The notes under the pieces were generated by a model. That model made no database searches, was not told where the DNA came from, and saw only the letters and a list, made by a program, of their open reading frames with translations. Shown here piece after piece: positions 38,580-47,641 of a stretch of 64,000 nt of DNA; within the stretch, counting starts at the first letter, position 1; the number at the start of each line of letters is the position of its first letter. The stretch lies in NCBI GenBank assembly GCA_019753155.1, contig JAIELG010000003.1, positions 1,524-65,523 on the forward strand, read 5' to 3'. The position numbers and the translations under genes were made by a program. This stretch comes from Burkholderiales bacterium. GTDB taxonomy: Bacteria > Pseudomonadota > Gammaproteobacteria > Burkholderiales > JABEVD01.

Positions 38580-39929
38580 TTACCCCTCGCCCTGCTCCAT
38601 GGCTGCCTCGATCAACCCGGCAGGAAGCGCCTTGGAAGGCTTGACACCAAGTTCGCGGATGCGCTCCGCGCTCCTGACAAGGTTGCCCCTGCCGGAACTC
38701 AGTTTGCCATAGGCTGCGTCGTATGCCGTCTGCGCCTTGTTGAGCCGGTCTCCGACATCTTTCAGGTCATCGACGAAACCCACGAACTTGTCATAGAGCG
38801 CCCCCGCCTGACGTGCGATTTCCTGCGCATTGCGGTTCTGGTACTCATAGCGCCACACATGGGCAATGGTCCTGAGCGCCATGAGCAGCGTGCTCGGATA
38901 AACGATCAGCACATTCCTCTCCAGGGCATCCTGGGTCAGCGCGGGATCGGCCTGCACCGCCACGGAATATGCGGATTCGATCGGGATGAACATGATGACG
39001 AAATCCAGCGTCGCAAGACCAAGAATCTTCTGGTAATCTTTCTTCCCCAGGCCCACCATGTGGCTGCGCACGGAACTCACATGTAACGCCAGTTCCCGCT
39101 CGCGTTCGTGTTCCGCGGCCGATGCGCATAACCGCTCGTAAGCGGTCAGCGATACCTTGCTGTCGATCACCATGTGGCGGCCTTCGGGAAGGTCTATGAT
39201 GACATCCGGTCTCAGCCGCCCCCCTGCCTCGTCCAGGTAATGCTGCTGTATACGGTATTCGCGATCCTTCGTCAGCCCGGCCATTTCGAGCGCACGCTCC
39301 AGTATCATCTCCCCCCATGCGCCCTGGGTCTTCGAATCCCCCTTCAAAGCGCGGGCAAGGTTGGTGGTATCCGAACTGATTTTCGCATTGGCCTCGACCA
39401 GTTTGGCGATTTCTGTCTTCAAGGCAGTTCTTTGCTGCGTTTCGTTGTCGTAAACGGACTGTACCCTGGTTTCGAAATCCTTGATCCGCTCTCCCAAAGG
39501 CCCCAACAGGGTGGCAAGCTGATCCTGATTCTGCTGCGTGAATTTCTGCGTTTTCTCCTCGAAAATGGCATTGGCAAGCACCCTGAACTGATCCCCCAGA
39601 GTTTCCTTGGCCTTATCCAGAAGTTCGAGCTTTTCGGCAAAACTCGCCCTGTCCGATTCCATGCGGGTTTCGATCTGCGCTTTTTCCGTCGACAGGCGCT
39701 CCCTTTCGCTGCGCAGTCTATCCCGCTCGCACATCGCATCGGCAAGCTCGGTTTTTAATCTGGAAATATCCTCTTTTGCCGCATCGAGCGCCGCGCCGAT
39801 AGAGGCAATTTTCGGCTGCAGTTCTGCCCTGACCGATGCAACCGAGGCTTCGGCTTTTACGCGAAACAAAACCCACGCGCCGATCCCGCCGAGGACGATT
39901 CCTGCAAACAATACTGCGAGCATTTCCAT
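38580..39929 (-). CDS. rmuC: DNA recombination protein RmuC
   Basis: N-terminal TM, a long coiled coil, and a C-terminal RmuC nuclease-like region (GAWGEMILERALE ... VIMFIPIESAY). Confidence 0.85.
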   Translation of the reverse strand: MEMLAVLFAGIVLGGIGAWVLFRVKAEASVASVRAELQPKIASIGAALDAAKEDISRLKTELADAMCERDRLRSERERLSTEKAQIETRMESDRASFAEKLELLDKAKETLGDQFRVLANAIFEEKTQKFTQQNQDQLATLLGPLGERIKDFETRVQSVYDNETQQRTALKTEIAKLVEANAKISSDTTNLARALKGDSKTQGAWGEMILERALEMAGLTKDREYRIQQHYLDEAGGRLRPDVIIDLPEGRHMVIDSKVSLTAYERLCASAAEHERERELALHVSSVRSHMVGLGKKDYQKILGLATLDFVIMFIPIESAYSVAVQADPALTQDALERNVLIVYPSTLLMALRTIAHVWRYEYQNRNAQEIARQAGALYDKFVGFVDDLKDVGDRLNKAQTAYDAAYGKLSSGRGNLVRSAERIRELGVKPSKALPAGLIEAAMEQGEG

Positions 39930-40024
39930 TGCATATCCCGATATAAACCAGACTACAATGATATCCTAATTCAAATTCCCCGTAGACCGCATATCAGTCC
40001 GACCCACCGAGTAAACAAGGGTCT

Positions 40025-40052
40025 TTGACTATCGACAAAACAACGGTATAAT
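40025..40052 (+). promoter_or_regulatory. sigma70 promoter of the rpsF operon
   Basis: TTGACT (40025-30), 16-nt spacer, TATAAT (40047-52). It lies about 60 nt upstream of the rpsF ATG. Confidence 0.5.
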
Positions 40053-40066
40053 TCCGCTTTTACCTT

Positions 40067-40094
40067 GCCTTACCGTCTTCGCATGGCGGGAGGC
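40067..40094 (+). promoter_or_regulatory. 5'-UTR hairpin of rpsF (possible S6:S18 autoregulatory leader)
   Basis: GCC-tta-CCGTC-ttcgcat-GGCGG-ga-GGC, lying between the promoter and the AAGGAG SD. The leader identity is inferred from position only. Confidence 0.25.
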
Positions 40095-40114
40095 TTTACC
40101 CATAAGGAGAATAC

Positions 40115-40483
40115 ATGCGACATTATGAAATCGTCTTTATCGTCCATCCCGACCAGAGCGAGCAGGTTCCCGCCATGATCGAGCGCTACCGCGGCATGAT
40201 CACGTCGAAAAACGGGCAGATCCACCGTCTCGAAGACTGGGGACGCCGTCAGTTGGCCTATCCCATCCAGAAAATCCACAAGGCGCATTATGTGCTGATG
40301 AACGTCGAATGTGACCAGGAAACCCTCGATGAACTCGAACATACATTCAAGTTCAACGATGCGATCCTGCGCCACCTGACCGTCAAGATGCATTCCGCAG
40401 TGATCGAGCCCTCGCCCATGATGCGCGAGGAAAGGCCGAAAACCTTTGCGTCCGAGGAAAGCAGGCAGACCGAAACCGCCTAG
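40115..40483 (+). CDS. rpsF: 30S ribosomal protein S6
   Basis: [25 protein letters not shown]... is canonical S6. AAGGAG SD. Confidence 0.95.
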   Translation: MRHYEIVFIVHPDQSEQVPAMIERYRGMITSKNGQIHRLEDWGRRQLAYPIQKIHKAHYVLMNVECDQETLDELEHTFKFNDAILRHLTVKMHSAVIEPSPMMREERPKTFASEESRQTETA

Positions 40484-40783
40484 GTGGATTGCAACAGGGT
40501 CTGCCTGACCGGGAAATTCGCCGAACTCGGCCCCTTGCGTTACTCACCAGCCGGGATACCGATCATGGAATTCAGATTGACCCACGTTTCAAGCCAGATC
40601 GAAGGGGCGATTGAGAGGAAGATCGAATTCGAAATCAGTTGCATCGCCATTGCAGATACAGCGGTCGGGGTCTCCAAATTGCAGGCCGGGAATCAGGTCA
40701 AACTGGAAGGATTCCTGGCAAAAAAGGGATCGAGAAACGGAGAAATCGTTTTTCATACAAACCATATTGAATTAATAGGATAA
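40484..40783 (+). CDS. priB: primosomal replication protein N (PriB)
   Basis: 99-aa OB-fold protein between rpsF and rpsR. The pattern NRVCLTG....[15 protein letters not shown] matches PriB. GTG start directly after the rpsF stop. Confidence 0.85.
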   Translation: MDCNRVCLTGKFAELGPLRYSPAGIPIMEFRLTHVSSQIEGAIERKIEFEISCIAIADTAVGVSKLQAGNQVKLEGFLAKKGSRNGEIVFHTNHIELIG

Positions 40784-40787
40784 AATC

Positions 40788-41066
40788 ATGTCACGTCCAT
40801 TCAAACGCAACGACAAGAACAAGAAAGACAACGCGAATGCTTCGCGCAATCTTTTCAAACGCAGGAAATTCTGCCGCTTCACAGTCGAAGGAATCAAGGA
40901 AATCGATTACAAGGATATCGAACTCCTGAAAGATTTCATCAGCGAAAACGGCAAAATCATTCCTTCCCGGATCACGGGAACAAAAGCCCATTACCAGCGC
41001 CAGCTCGGCACGGCAATCAAGCGTGCACGCTTTCTCGCGCTGCTCCACTATACCGATCTGCACTGA
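40788..41066 (+). CDS. rpsR: 30S ribosomal protein S18
   Basis: [43 protein letters not shown] is canonical S18. Confidence 0.95.
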   Translation: MSRPFKRNDKNKKDNANASRNLFKRRKFCRFTVEGIKEIDYKDIELLKDFISENGKIIPSRITGTKAHYQRQLGTAIKRARFLALLHYTDLH

Positions 41067-41077
41067 GGAGTTCAGCC

Positions 41078-41524
41078 ATGCAAGTGATTCTGATGGAAAA
41101 AGTAGTCAACCTCGGCGTATTGGGAGACATCGTCAAGGTCAAGGATGGCTATGCCAGAAATTTCCTGATCCCGACAAAAAAGGCAAAACGCGCAACACCG
41201 GCAAATATCGCCGAATTTGAAGCAAAACGCGCGCTTCTCGAACAGGTACAGCAGGAAATTCTGGCAAAAGCGCAGGAACTTGGACAAAAGCTCGAAGGCC
41301 TCACCGTGCAGATCGAACACAATGCCGGCGTGGACGGAAAGCTCTTCGGCTCGGTGACGAATGTCGATATTTCCGAAGCGCTGAAAGCACGCGGCTTCGA
41401 AGTGGAGAAGGCGGCGATCCGTCTGCCCGAAGGCCCGCTGAAGCAGCTTGGCGAACATGCGATCTCGATCGCGCTGCATGCGGATGTCGTTCCGAGCATT
41501 ACCGTTTCCGTGGTCGCCGCCTAA
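41078..41524 (+). CDS. rplI: 50S ribosomal protein L9
   Basis: [32 protein letters not shown] is canonical L9. Confidence 0.95.
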   Translation: MQVILMEKVVNLGVLGDIVKVKDGYARNFLIPTKKAKRATPANIAEFEAKRALLEQVQQEILAKAQELGQKLEGLTVQIEHNAGVDGKLFGSVTNVDISEALKARGFEVEKAAIRLPEGPLKQLGEHAISIALHADVVPSITVSVVAA

Positions 41525-41545
41525 ATTCGCTTTCGGTATGCAAAA

Positions 41546-41569
41546 AAGGGCTGCATACGGCCCTTTTTT
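41546..41569 (+). terminator. rho-independent terminator after rplI
   Basis: AAGGGC-tgcatacg-GCCCTT followed by TTTT, and preceded by an A-tract (bidirectional shape). Confidence 0.6.
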
Positions 41570-41598
41570 GGGCGGCATGATGCCCCCTTGAAACCCGA

Positions 41599-42969
41599 GT
41601 GCAAAAAATGACCCTCGAAATCGACTCGATCAAGCTGCCTCCCCATTCAGTCGAAGCCGAGCAGTCGGTGCTAGGCGGGCTCATGCTCGATAACAACGCC
41701 TGGGACAAGATTGCCGACCTCGTCAGCGAAAACGACTTCTACAGGCATGACCACCGCCTCATCTACCGCCACATTTCGCATCTGGTCGGAAGAAATAACC
41801 CAGCCGACGTCATCACAGTCTCGGAGTCCCTGGAAAACAGCAAGGAACTCCAGAATGCGGGAGGGGTAGCCTATCTCGGCGCACTCGCCCAGAATACGCC
41901 TTCGGCCGCGAATATCCGACGCTACGCCGAAATCGTCAGGGAAAGATCGGTCATGCGCAAGCTTGCCGAGGTGGGCACGACGATCTCGGAATCGGCTTAC
42001 AATCCCATGGGCCGCTCCGCCAGCGAACTTCTCGATTCCGCGGAAGCCAAGGTTTTCGAAATCGCCGAAGCGAGCGCGCGCGGCAAACAGGGGTTCGTCG
42101 ATATCCAGCCCCTTTTGCGGCAGGTCGTCGAACGAATCGAAGTGCTGTACAACCGTGACGAAGATAGCGATGTCACCGGCATCGCAACCGGGTTTACCGA
42201 CCTCGACCAGAAAACATCCGGGTTCCAGCCTGGAGATCTCATCATCGTAGCAGGCAGGCCCAGCATGGGGAAAACCGCATTTTCACTCAATATCGCCGAA
42301 AATGTCGCACTTTACTCGAAAAAACCGGTTGCAGTCTTCAGCATGGAAATGGGCGGCACGCAGCTTGCAATGCGCATGTTGGGTTCCGTGGGACGCTTGG
42401 ACCAGCACAAACTGCGCACCGGGCGTCTTGCCGACGACGACTGGCCGAACCTGACTCACGCGCTTGGCAAGCTCTCCGAAGCGCCAATTTTCATCGACGA
42501 AACCCCTTCCCTCAATTCCATAGAGCTCAGATCCAGTTCTCGCAGGCTGCACAGACAGCACGGGGAACTCGGACTGATCGTGGTCGATTACCTTCAACTC
42601 ATGTCGGCAAATTCTCCTGGGGAAAACAGGGCAACCGAAATATCGGAAATCTCCCGCTCGCTGAAAGCGCTTGCCAAGGAACTGCATGTGCCGGTCGTCG
42701 CGCTTTCCCAGCTCAACAGAAGTCTCGAGCAGCGGCCCAACAGGCGTCCGGTCATGTCGGACCTGCGCGAATCCGGGGCGATCGAGCAGGATGCGGACCT
42801 GATACTCTTCATCTACAGGGACGAAGTATATAACCCCGAAACCCAGGACAAGGGACTTGCCGAGATCATCATCGGCAAGCAGAGAAATGGCCCGATCGGA
42901 ACGGTAAAACTGACATTCCTGGGCGAATATACACGCTTTGAAAATACCGCCCATTCCGGGCAATACTAA
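41599..42969 (+). CDS. dnaB: replicative DNA helicase DnaB
   Basis: LPPHSVEAEQSVLGGLML, Walker A AGRPSMGKTAF, SLEQRPNRRP and DADLILFIYRDEVY. Start is GTG at 41599 or ATG at 41608. Confidence 0.95.
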   Translation: MQKMTLEIDSIKLPPHSVEAEQSVLGGLMLDNNAWDKIADLVSENDFYRHDHRLIYRHISHLVGRNNPADVITVSESLENSKELQNAGGVAYLGALAQNTPSAANIRRYAEIVRERSVMRKLAEVGTTISESAYNPMGRSASELLDSAEAKVFEIAEASARGKQGFVDIQPLLRQVVERIEVLYNRDEDSDVTGIATGFTDLDQKTSGFQPGDLIIVAGRPSMGKTAFSLNIAENVALYSKKPVAVFSMEMGGTQLAMRMLGSVGRLDQHKLRTGRLADDDWPNLTHALGKLSEAPIFIDETPSLNSIELRSSSRRLHRQHGELGLIVVDYLQLMSANSPGENRATEISEISRSLKALAKELHVPVVALSQLNRSLEQRPNRRPVMSDLRESGAIEQDADLILFIYRDEVYNPETQDKGLAEIIIGKQRNGPIGTVKLTFLGEYTRFENTAHSGQY

Positions 42970-42980
42970 CGCGAGAAATC

Positions 42981-44366
42981 ATGATTCGGACCCGTTTTGC
43001 ACCCAGCCCAACCGGATACCTGCATATCGGCGGCGCACGTACAGCCCTTTTTTCCTGGGCATTCGCCAAAAAATTCGGCGGCAAATTCATCCTCAGGATC
43101 GAGGACACTGATCTCGATCGCTCGACCCCGGAATCCGTGCAGGCCATACTCGATGGCATGAAATGGCTCAAGCTCGACTACGACGAGGGGCCCATCTACC
43201 AGATGCAGCGCCTTTCCAGGTACAGGGAAATCGCCGGGCAACTCCTTCATGAGGGAAAAGCCTATTATTGCTACGCCTCAAAGGAGGAACTCGAAGACAT
43301 GCGCGAAGTACAAAGGGCAAAGGGGGAGAAGCCTCGCTATGACGGCAGATGGCGGGATTGCAGCCTGACGCCTCCCGAGGGCGTCAGGCCTGTTGTCCGT
43401 TTCAAGAATCCGACCGGTGGCGAAGTTGTCATCGACGATCTCGTCAAGGGCAGGATCGCCGTTCACAACAGTGAACTCGACGATCTCGTCATCATGCGCG
43501 CGGACGGCACGCCGACCTACAATTTCGGCGTCGTGATCGACGACATGGACATGGGCATCACCCATGTCATCCGGGGGGACGACCATGTCAACAACACGCC
43601 GCGCCAGATCAACATCCTGAAAGCCATGGGCGCCCCTCTACCCATCTATGCCCATTTGCCGATGATTCTGGGCGAGGATGGCGAACGCCTTTCAAAGCGC
43701 CACGGCGCCGTGAGCGTGATGCAGTATTTCGAGAACGGTTACCTTCCGGAAGCGCTCCTCAATTACCTGTCAAGGCTGGGCTGGTCGCATGGAGACGACG
43801 AAGTGTTCGACATGGAACAATTCGTGAAATGGTTCGATCTCGACAAAATCAGCAAATCCGCTGCGCAGTTCAATCCGGAAAAACTGCTCTGGATCAACCA
43901 GCAGCACATAAAAAACGCAGATAATGGGAGGCTTGCGGATCTTGCGAAGCCCTTTCTGGAGCAGGATGAATGCAATCCGGATCAAGGCCCGAGTCTCGAA
44001 GCAGTATGCGGCCTTCTGAAGGAGCGGGTGAACACCATTGCGGAACTTGCAGATGCGGCGGTGTACTTTTACAGGAGGCTCGCCCCCTCTCCGGAACTTG
44101 CGACCCAGCACTTCTCCCCGGAAACCAAACCGCTTTTCGATGAACTTCTCGAGCGTTATTCTGAAATCGAATGGACCAGGGAAACACTCGCCCAGACACT
44201 GAAAACATTTGCCGCAGAAAAGGGGCTGAAACTGGGCAAAATCGCCATGCCGCTCAGGGTGATGGTCACAGGAGAAACCCATACCCCACCGATCGACGCC
44301 GTTCTTGAATTGATCGGCAGGGATGAGTCGCTTGCCCGAATGCGCAGCCAGCTTGCGCGCTTTTAA
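42981..44366 (+). CDS. gltX: glutamate--tRNA ligase
   Basis: RFAPSPTGYLHIGGARTALF (HIGH) and RLSKRHGA (KMSKS). 461 aa. Confidence 0.95.
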   Translation: MIRTRFAPSPTGYLHIGGARTALFSWAFAKKFGGKFILRIEDTDLDRSTPESVQAILDGMKWLKLDYDEGPIYQMQRLSRYREIAGQLLHEGKAYYCYASKEELEDMREVQRAKGEKPRYDGRWRDCSLTPPEGVRPVVRFKNPTGGEVVIDDLVKGRIAVHNSELDDLVIMRADGTPTYNFGVVIDDMDMGITHVIRGDDHVNNTPRQINILKAMGAPLPIYAHLPMILGEDGERLSKRHGAVSVMQYFENGYLPEALLNYLSRLGWSHGDDEVFDMEQFVKWFDLDKISKSAAQFNPEKLLWINQQHIKNADNGRLADLAKPFLEQDECNPDQGPSLEAVCGLLKERVNTIAELADAAVYFYRRLAPSPELATQHFSPETKPLFDELLERYSEIEWTRETLAQTLKTFAAEKGLKLGKIAMPLRVMVTGETHTPPIDAVLELIGRDESLARMRSQLARF

Positions 44367-44403
44367 AGAGCCATTTGATTGATCCGGTTTAGCGTGTAAA
44401 ATT

Positions 44404-44657
44404 AGGCAAGCGCTGATTTAATCCTTCATGGGCCGCGTTGATGGGAAAACCGAGATGATCGCGCAACGCCGGCCGTAGCCGGGCGGCCTTTCCCGCACTT
44501 GCCCCACCGCGTCGAGGCTGCCATGCCGAGGAGCGTGACAAGGCGAGCGCTCGATTTCCGAATGGAATAAGCATTCGCTGCGCGTAGCAATGCGAATCTC
44601 ATCCCGCAAAGTCGACCGTCGCGACCACGCCGGATTAAATCAGCGGGCTCTTTGCCT
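44404..44657. mobile_element. MITE-like non-coding element with terminal inverted repeats
   Basis: Left end AGGCAAG-CGCTGATTTAATCC (44404-44424). Right end GGATTAAATCAGCG-GGCTCTTTGCCT (44632-44657). The core is a 14-nt perfect inverted repeat, and the arms extend imperfectly inward (e.g. GGGA..GAGAT..TCGC on both sides). No credible ORF. Confidence 0.45.
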
Positions 44658-44679
44658 GAACCACACTTTTGGAATAAGC

Positions 44680-45555
44680 ATGACTAACAAAGCATCGATT
44701 ACAGCATTGCAGGCGGCAATCAAGAAAACAGACACACTTCCCACTATTTCAGTGATCGGGCAAAGGCTGCTCACCCTGCGCCTTGATTCGGACGAAGGTG
44801 AGCGTGAGCTCATGAACCTCGTCGAATCGGACCCGATGATCGCCGCCCGCATCATCGGACTCGCCAACGCCCCGGTTTTCGCCTCCGCCAAAAAAGTCTG
44901 TTCGATGCGCGATGCGATGATGGTTCTGGGTTTGTCGAGAGTCAAGGCGATCGCCATCAGCATCGCACTCATGGGTCCGCTTCGCATCCGGGAAAGCGAG
45001 TATTTCAGCGTAAAGCATCTCTGGCTGCACAGTTTTTCCATGGCGGTCGGAATGCGCACCCTGTCCGGCATGATCCATCGCCAGATCCGCCCCCATGAGG
45101 ACTCGCTTTTTCTGGCGGGACTGCTGCATGATATCGGCTACCTCGCATTCGCCTATCTCGAACCCAAAAAATTCGACGACTTTCTCTCCCAAATCGAAGC
45201 GGACCCGGAACAATCCATATCCGAACTCGAAACGCAAGTTCTCGGCATCAGCCATGCAGAACTGGGAGAGTTGCTCGGGCGCAACTGGGGGCTTCCCGAT
45301 GAAATCATTGCGGTCATAGCCGGGCATCATCTGAAAACCATCCCTGCCGACCCATTGCTCACCTTGGCCCGGATCACCGAAAGGATACTCGGAGACGGGG
45401 CGATACGGGAAGAAGTACATAAGCTCAGCCCCGAAGAGGAAATGGCCGAACTCGCAACCCTGGGCCTGGAGCCGCTGCACCTGGAAAAAGCCGTCACCAT
45501 CCTGGCGCAGCAGCAGGAGCAGATACGCATTCTTGCCGACATGCTCGGAGGATGA
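44680..45555 (+). CDS. HDOD-domain signalling protein
   Basis: ATG at 44680 (MTNKASITALQAAIKKTDTLPTISVIGQRLL...). Contains SDPMIAARIIGLANAPVF, VLGLSRVKAIAISIAL and AGLLHDIGYLAF. The track start at 44590 lies inside the MITE-like element. Confidence 0.8.
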   Translation: MTNKASITALQAAIKKTDTLPTISVIGQRLLTLRLDSDEGERELMNLVESDPMIAARIIGLANAPVFASAKKVCSMRDAMMVLGLSRVKAIAISIALMGPLRIRESEYFSVKHLWLHSFSMAVGMRTLSGMIHRQIRPHEDSLFLAGLLHDIGYLAFAYLEPKKFDDFLSQIEADPEQSISELETQVLGISHAELGELLGRNWGLPDEIIAVIAGHHLKTIPADPLLTLARITERILGDGAIREEVHKLSPEEEMAELATLGLEPLHLEKAVTILAQQQEQIRILADMLGG

Positions 45556-45561
45556 CCGGCC

Positions 45562-45590
45562 TTTACATGGACGCGCCGCTTGAGTATAAT
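45562..45590 (+). promoter_or_regulatory. sigma70 promoter of the tRNA pair
   Basis: TTTACA (45562-67), 17-nt spacer, TATAAT (45585-90). It lies 12 nt upstream of tRNA-Ala. Confidence 0.55.
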
Positions 45591-45602
45591 TTACGTCTTT
45601 GT

Positions 45603-45678
<76 letters not shown>

Positions 45679-45689
45679 AGAAAGTTTCA

Positions 45690-45765
45690 GTCCCCATCGT
45701 CTAGAGGCCTAGGACACCGCCCTTTCACGGCGGCGACACGAGTTCGAATCTCGTTGGGGACGCCA
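45690..45765 (+). tRNA. tRNA-Glu (anticodon TTC)
   Basis: GTCCCCATCGTCTAGAGGCCTAGGACACCGCCCTTTCACGGCGGCGACACGAGTTCGAATCTCGTTGGGGACGCCA. Acceptor stem GTCCCCA/TGGGGAC, anticodon loop CTTTCAC and an encoded CCA. Confidence 0.95.
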
Positions 45766-45788
45766 TATGCGACTTGTTCAGGGGTTCC

Positions 45789-47096
45789 CTAGGATAGGGC
45801 GGCTTCCTTAGGCACATCCGCGTAGAGTTTATGCCGGTTTTTTCCCCTCTGTTTGGCCAGGTACATTGCTTCGTCAGACTGCTTGAGGAGCGTTCCGGGA
45901 TCTTCCGAATCATCCGGAAAGATGGAAACGCCGATACTTCCCCCGACCTGACATTGCCTCCCCTCCATGTCGAACGGCTCGGAGAGGGCATCGATGATCT
46001 TGCCCGCAACCTGTGACGCAAATTCCTGAGCCGCAACATTACCCAGAATCAGGGTGAATTCATCCCCGCCCACCCTGGCCACGGTATCCGAAGCCCTGAC
46101 AATATCAGCCAATCTCCGCGCAACTTCCTGCAGCAGCATATCGCCCACATCATGCCCCAGCTCATCGTTGACGCGCTTGAATCCATCGAGATCGAGAAAC
46201 AGGAGGGCCACCTTGCAGCCGGCGCGCCTTGCATGAGCAATGGCTTGCTCAAGGCGATCAAGAAACAACACCCTGTTCGGAAGACCGGTCAGATAGTCAT
46301 GATGGGCGAGATGCACGATCTTTTGTTCGGCCGCCTTGCGCTCCGTAATATCCCGGACGATACCGATGAAGTAGCGCTGCCCGCCCAACGCCATTTCGGA
46401 TATGGACAGTTCGGCAGGAAACTGCTCGCCATCTTTCCGGGTAGCCATGACCTCGCGTCCATGCATGCCGACGATCCGCCCCTGACCGGTTTGCAAGTAC
46501 CTGCTTATGTATGCGTCATGCTCACTCCGGTAAGGACTCGGCATCAGGATGCTCACGTTTTTCCCCAACACATCCTTTTGTGAATAACCGAATATTTTCT
46601 CTGCCGCGGGATTGAAACCCTGGATTTCAGCAGACTCATTAACCGTGATGATGCCATCCATCACATGGTGGATGATGGCCTTCAACTGATCCTGGCTCTT
46701 TTCCAGCTCTCCCCTGATCCGTTTCAGATTCGTCACCATCTGCCAGAACAGCATGGCTTCAGGGCCGCTAGTCACCTTTTTATTGCCGAAAACCTTGCCT
46801 ACAGTTTCAATGACCGAATCATCATGCGTCAGGTTGTACACGATACAATCGGAATAGTCCTTACAGGCCAGGGCCGCTTCGCCGACATCCAAATAGGCAG
46901 GAATCCCTTGACTTTGCGCCAATATTATTCCAGGAGCCTCGGGATTGGGATCTGCCACGGCGACGACTTCGACAAGCTCGTCCTCCAGGAACATTTCAAG
47001 CAAAGCAGAACCGCCGCGTCCCGCCCCAAGAATCAGGACGGGATGCCCATGAATTTTTCTTACGGTCATTACGGGCTCCATTACCGGATCAATCAT
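45789..47096 (-). CDS. diguanylate cyclase: Rex-like Rossmann N-domain + PAS + GGDEF
   Basis: The C-terminus has RVGGDEFTLIL with an RASD I-site 5 residues upstream. A central PAS is present (IIHHVMDGIITVNESAEIQGFNPAAEKIFGY). The N-terminus reads VLILGAGRGGSALLEMF...VEVVAVADPNPEAPG (GxGxxG Rossmann). Confidence 0.85.
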   Translation of the reverse strand: MIDPVMEPVMTVRKIHGHPVLILGAGRGGSALLEMFLEDELVEVVAVADPNPEAPGIILAQSQGIPAYLDVGEAALACKDYSDCIVYNLTHDDSVIETVGKVFGNKKVTSGPEAMLFWQMVTNLKRIRGELEKSQDQLKAIIHHVMDGIITVNESAEIQGFNPAAEKIFGYSQKDVLGKNVSILMPSPYRSEHDAYISRYLQTGQGRIVGMHGREVMATRKDGEQFPAELSISEMALGGQRYFIGIVRDITERKAAEQKIVHLAHHDYLTGLPNRVLFLDRLEQAIAHARRAGCKVALLFLDLDGFKRVNDELGHDVGDMLLQEVARRLADIVRASDTVARVGGDEFTLILGNVAAQEFASQVAGKIIDALSEPFDMEGRQCQVGGSIGVSIFPDDSEDPGTLLKQSDEAMYLAKQRGKNRHKLYADVPKEAALS

Positions 47097-47132
47097 ATTT
47101 TGACGATACCATAATGAACTTGAACCGGGAAG

Positions 47133-47152
47133 TGTTACCGGAATGTTACCGG
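47133..47152 (-). promoter_or_regulatory. direct repeat CCGGTAACA x2 (11-bp period) upstream of the cyclase gene
   Basis: Plus strand TGTTACCGG occurs at 47133-41 and 47144-52. The minus strand reads CCGGTAACAttCCGGTAACA, about 40-55 nt upstream of the ATG and abutting a possible TATGGT -10. Confidence 0.35.
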
Positions 47153-47185
47153 CTTAATGAAGCTCTGAGCATGCCGGGCAAGCAC

Positions 47186-47641
47186 TCAATCAGTCTGATG
47201 GATAGCCGCCAGGAACTGGGAATACATCTCTTCGCCTATGGGCCGCTGCTCTGAATTCATGGCATACAGGGCTATTTTGCTGTCTTCTTTCCCGATATGC
47301 GTGACCAGCCACTTATTCATGAAAAAAAGCAGATCGTCGGGAAATTCGCGTTTATGGCTGATCCTGGATATCAGGATTTCAAGCTGGGCCAGCAACTGGG
47401 AATGCATGACTTCGTGCTTTGCCAATTCCGGGTAGTTCAATTCATACATCAGGTTCTCTTCGCTGATGAAATGGAATTCTGCAAATTTTTTCGCTTCGAC
47501 GATTATGCGCAATATCGTCTTATGAGGCTGCCGGGTCTTGATTGCAATATCCAGTTTTCTGAACAACATGATAAGCATTCGATGTTCGGTATCGATCAGT
47601 GTATTGCCGATTTCGAATTGCTTGTCCCAGTATATATGCAT
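47186..47641 (-). CDS. bacteriohemerythrin
   Basis: WDKQFEIGNTLIDTEHRMLI, FAEFHFISEE and MNKWLVTHIGKED supply the His/Glu ligand pattern of hemerythrin-like proteins. 151 aa. Confidence 0.85.
   Translation of the reverse strand: MHIYWDKQFEIGNTLIDTEHRMLIMLFRKLDIAIKTRQPHKTILRIIVEAKKFAEFHFISEENLMYELNYPELAKHEVMHSQLLAQLEILISRISHKREFPDDLLFFMNKWLVTHIGKEDSKIALYAMNSEQRPIGEEMYSQFLAAIHQTD

Noticed and set aside
44389-44609. Small minus-strand ORFs (61 and 63 aa) inside the gltX-HDOD spacer.
   Set aside because: They lie within the inverted-repeat element, have Arg/Pro/Ala-rich unprotein-like composition and lack an SD. The region is better explained as non-coding repeat DNA.
44404-44657. The structured element could be a known ncRNA (6S, tmRNA, RNase P, SRP) or a T-box/leader of gltX.
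   Set aside because: None of the conserved sequence blocks I remember for those RNAs are present. It lies downstream of gltX, not upstream. The terminal inverted repeats favour a MITE-type origin. An uncharacterised hairpin RNA cannot be excluded.
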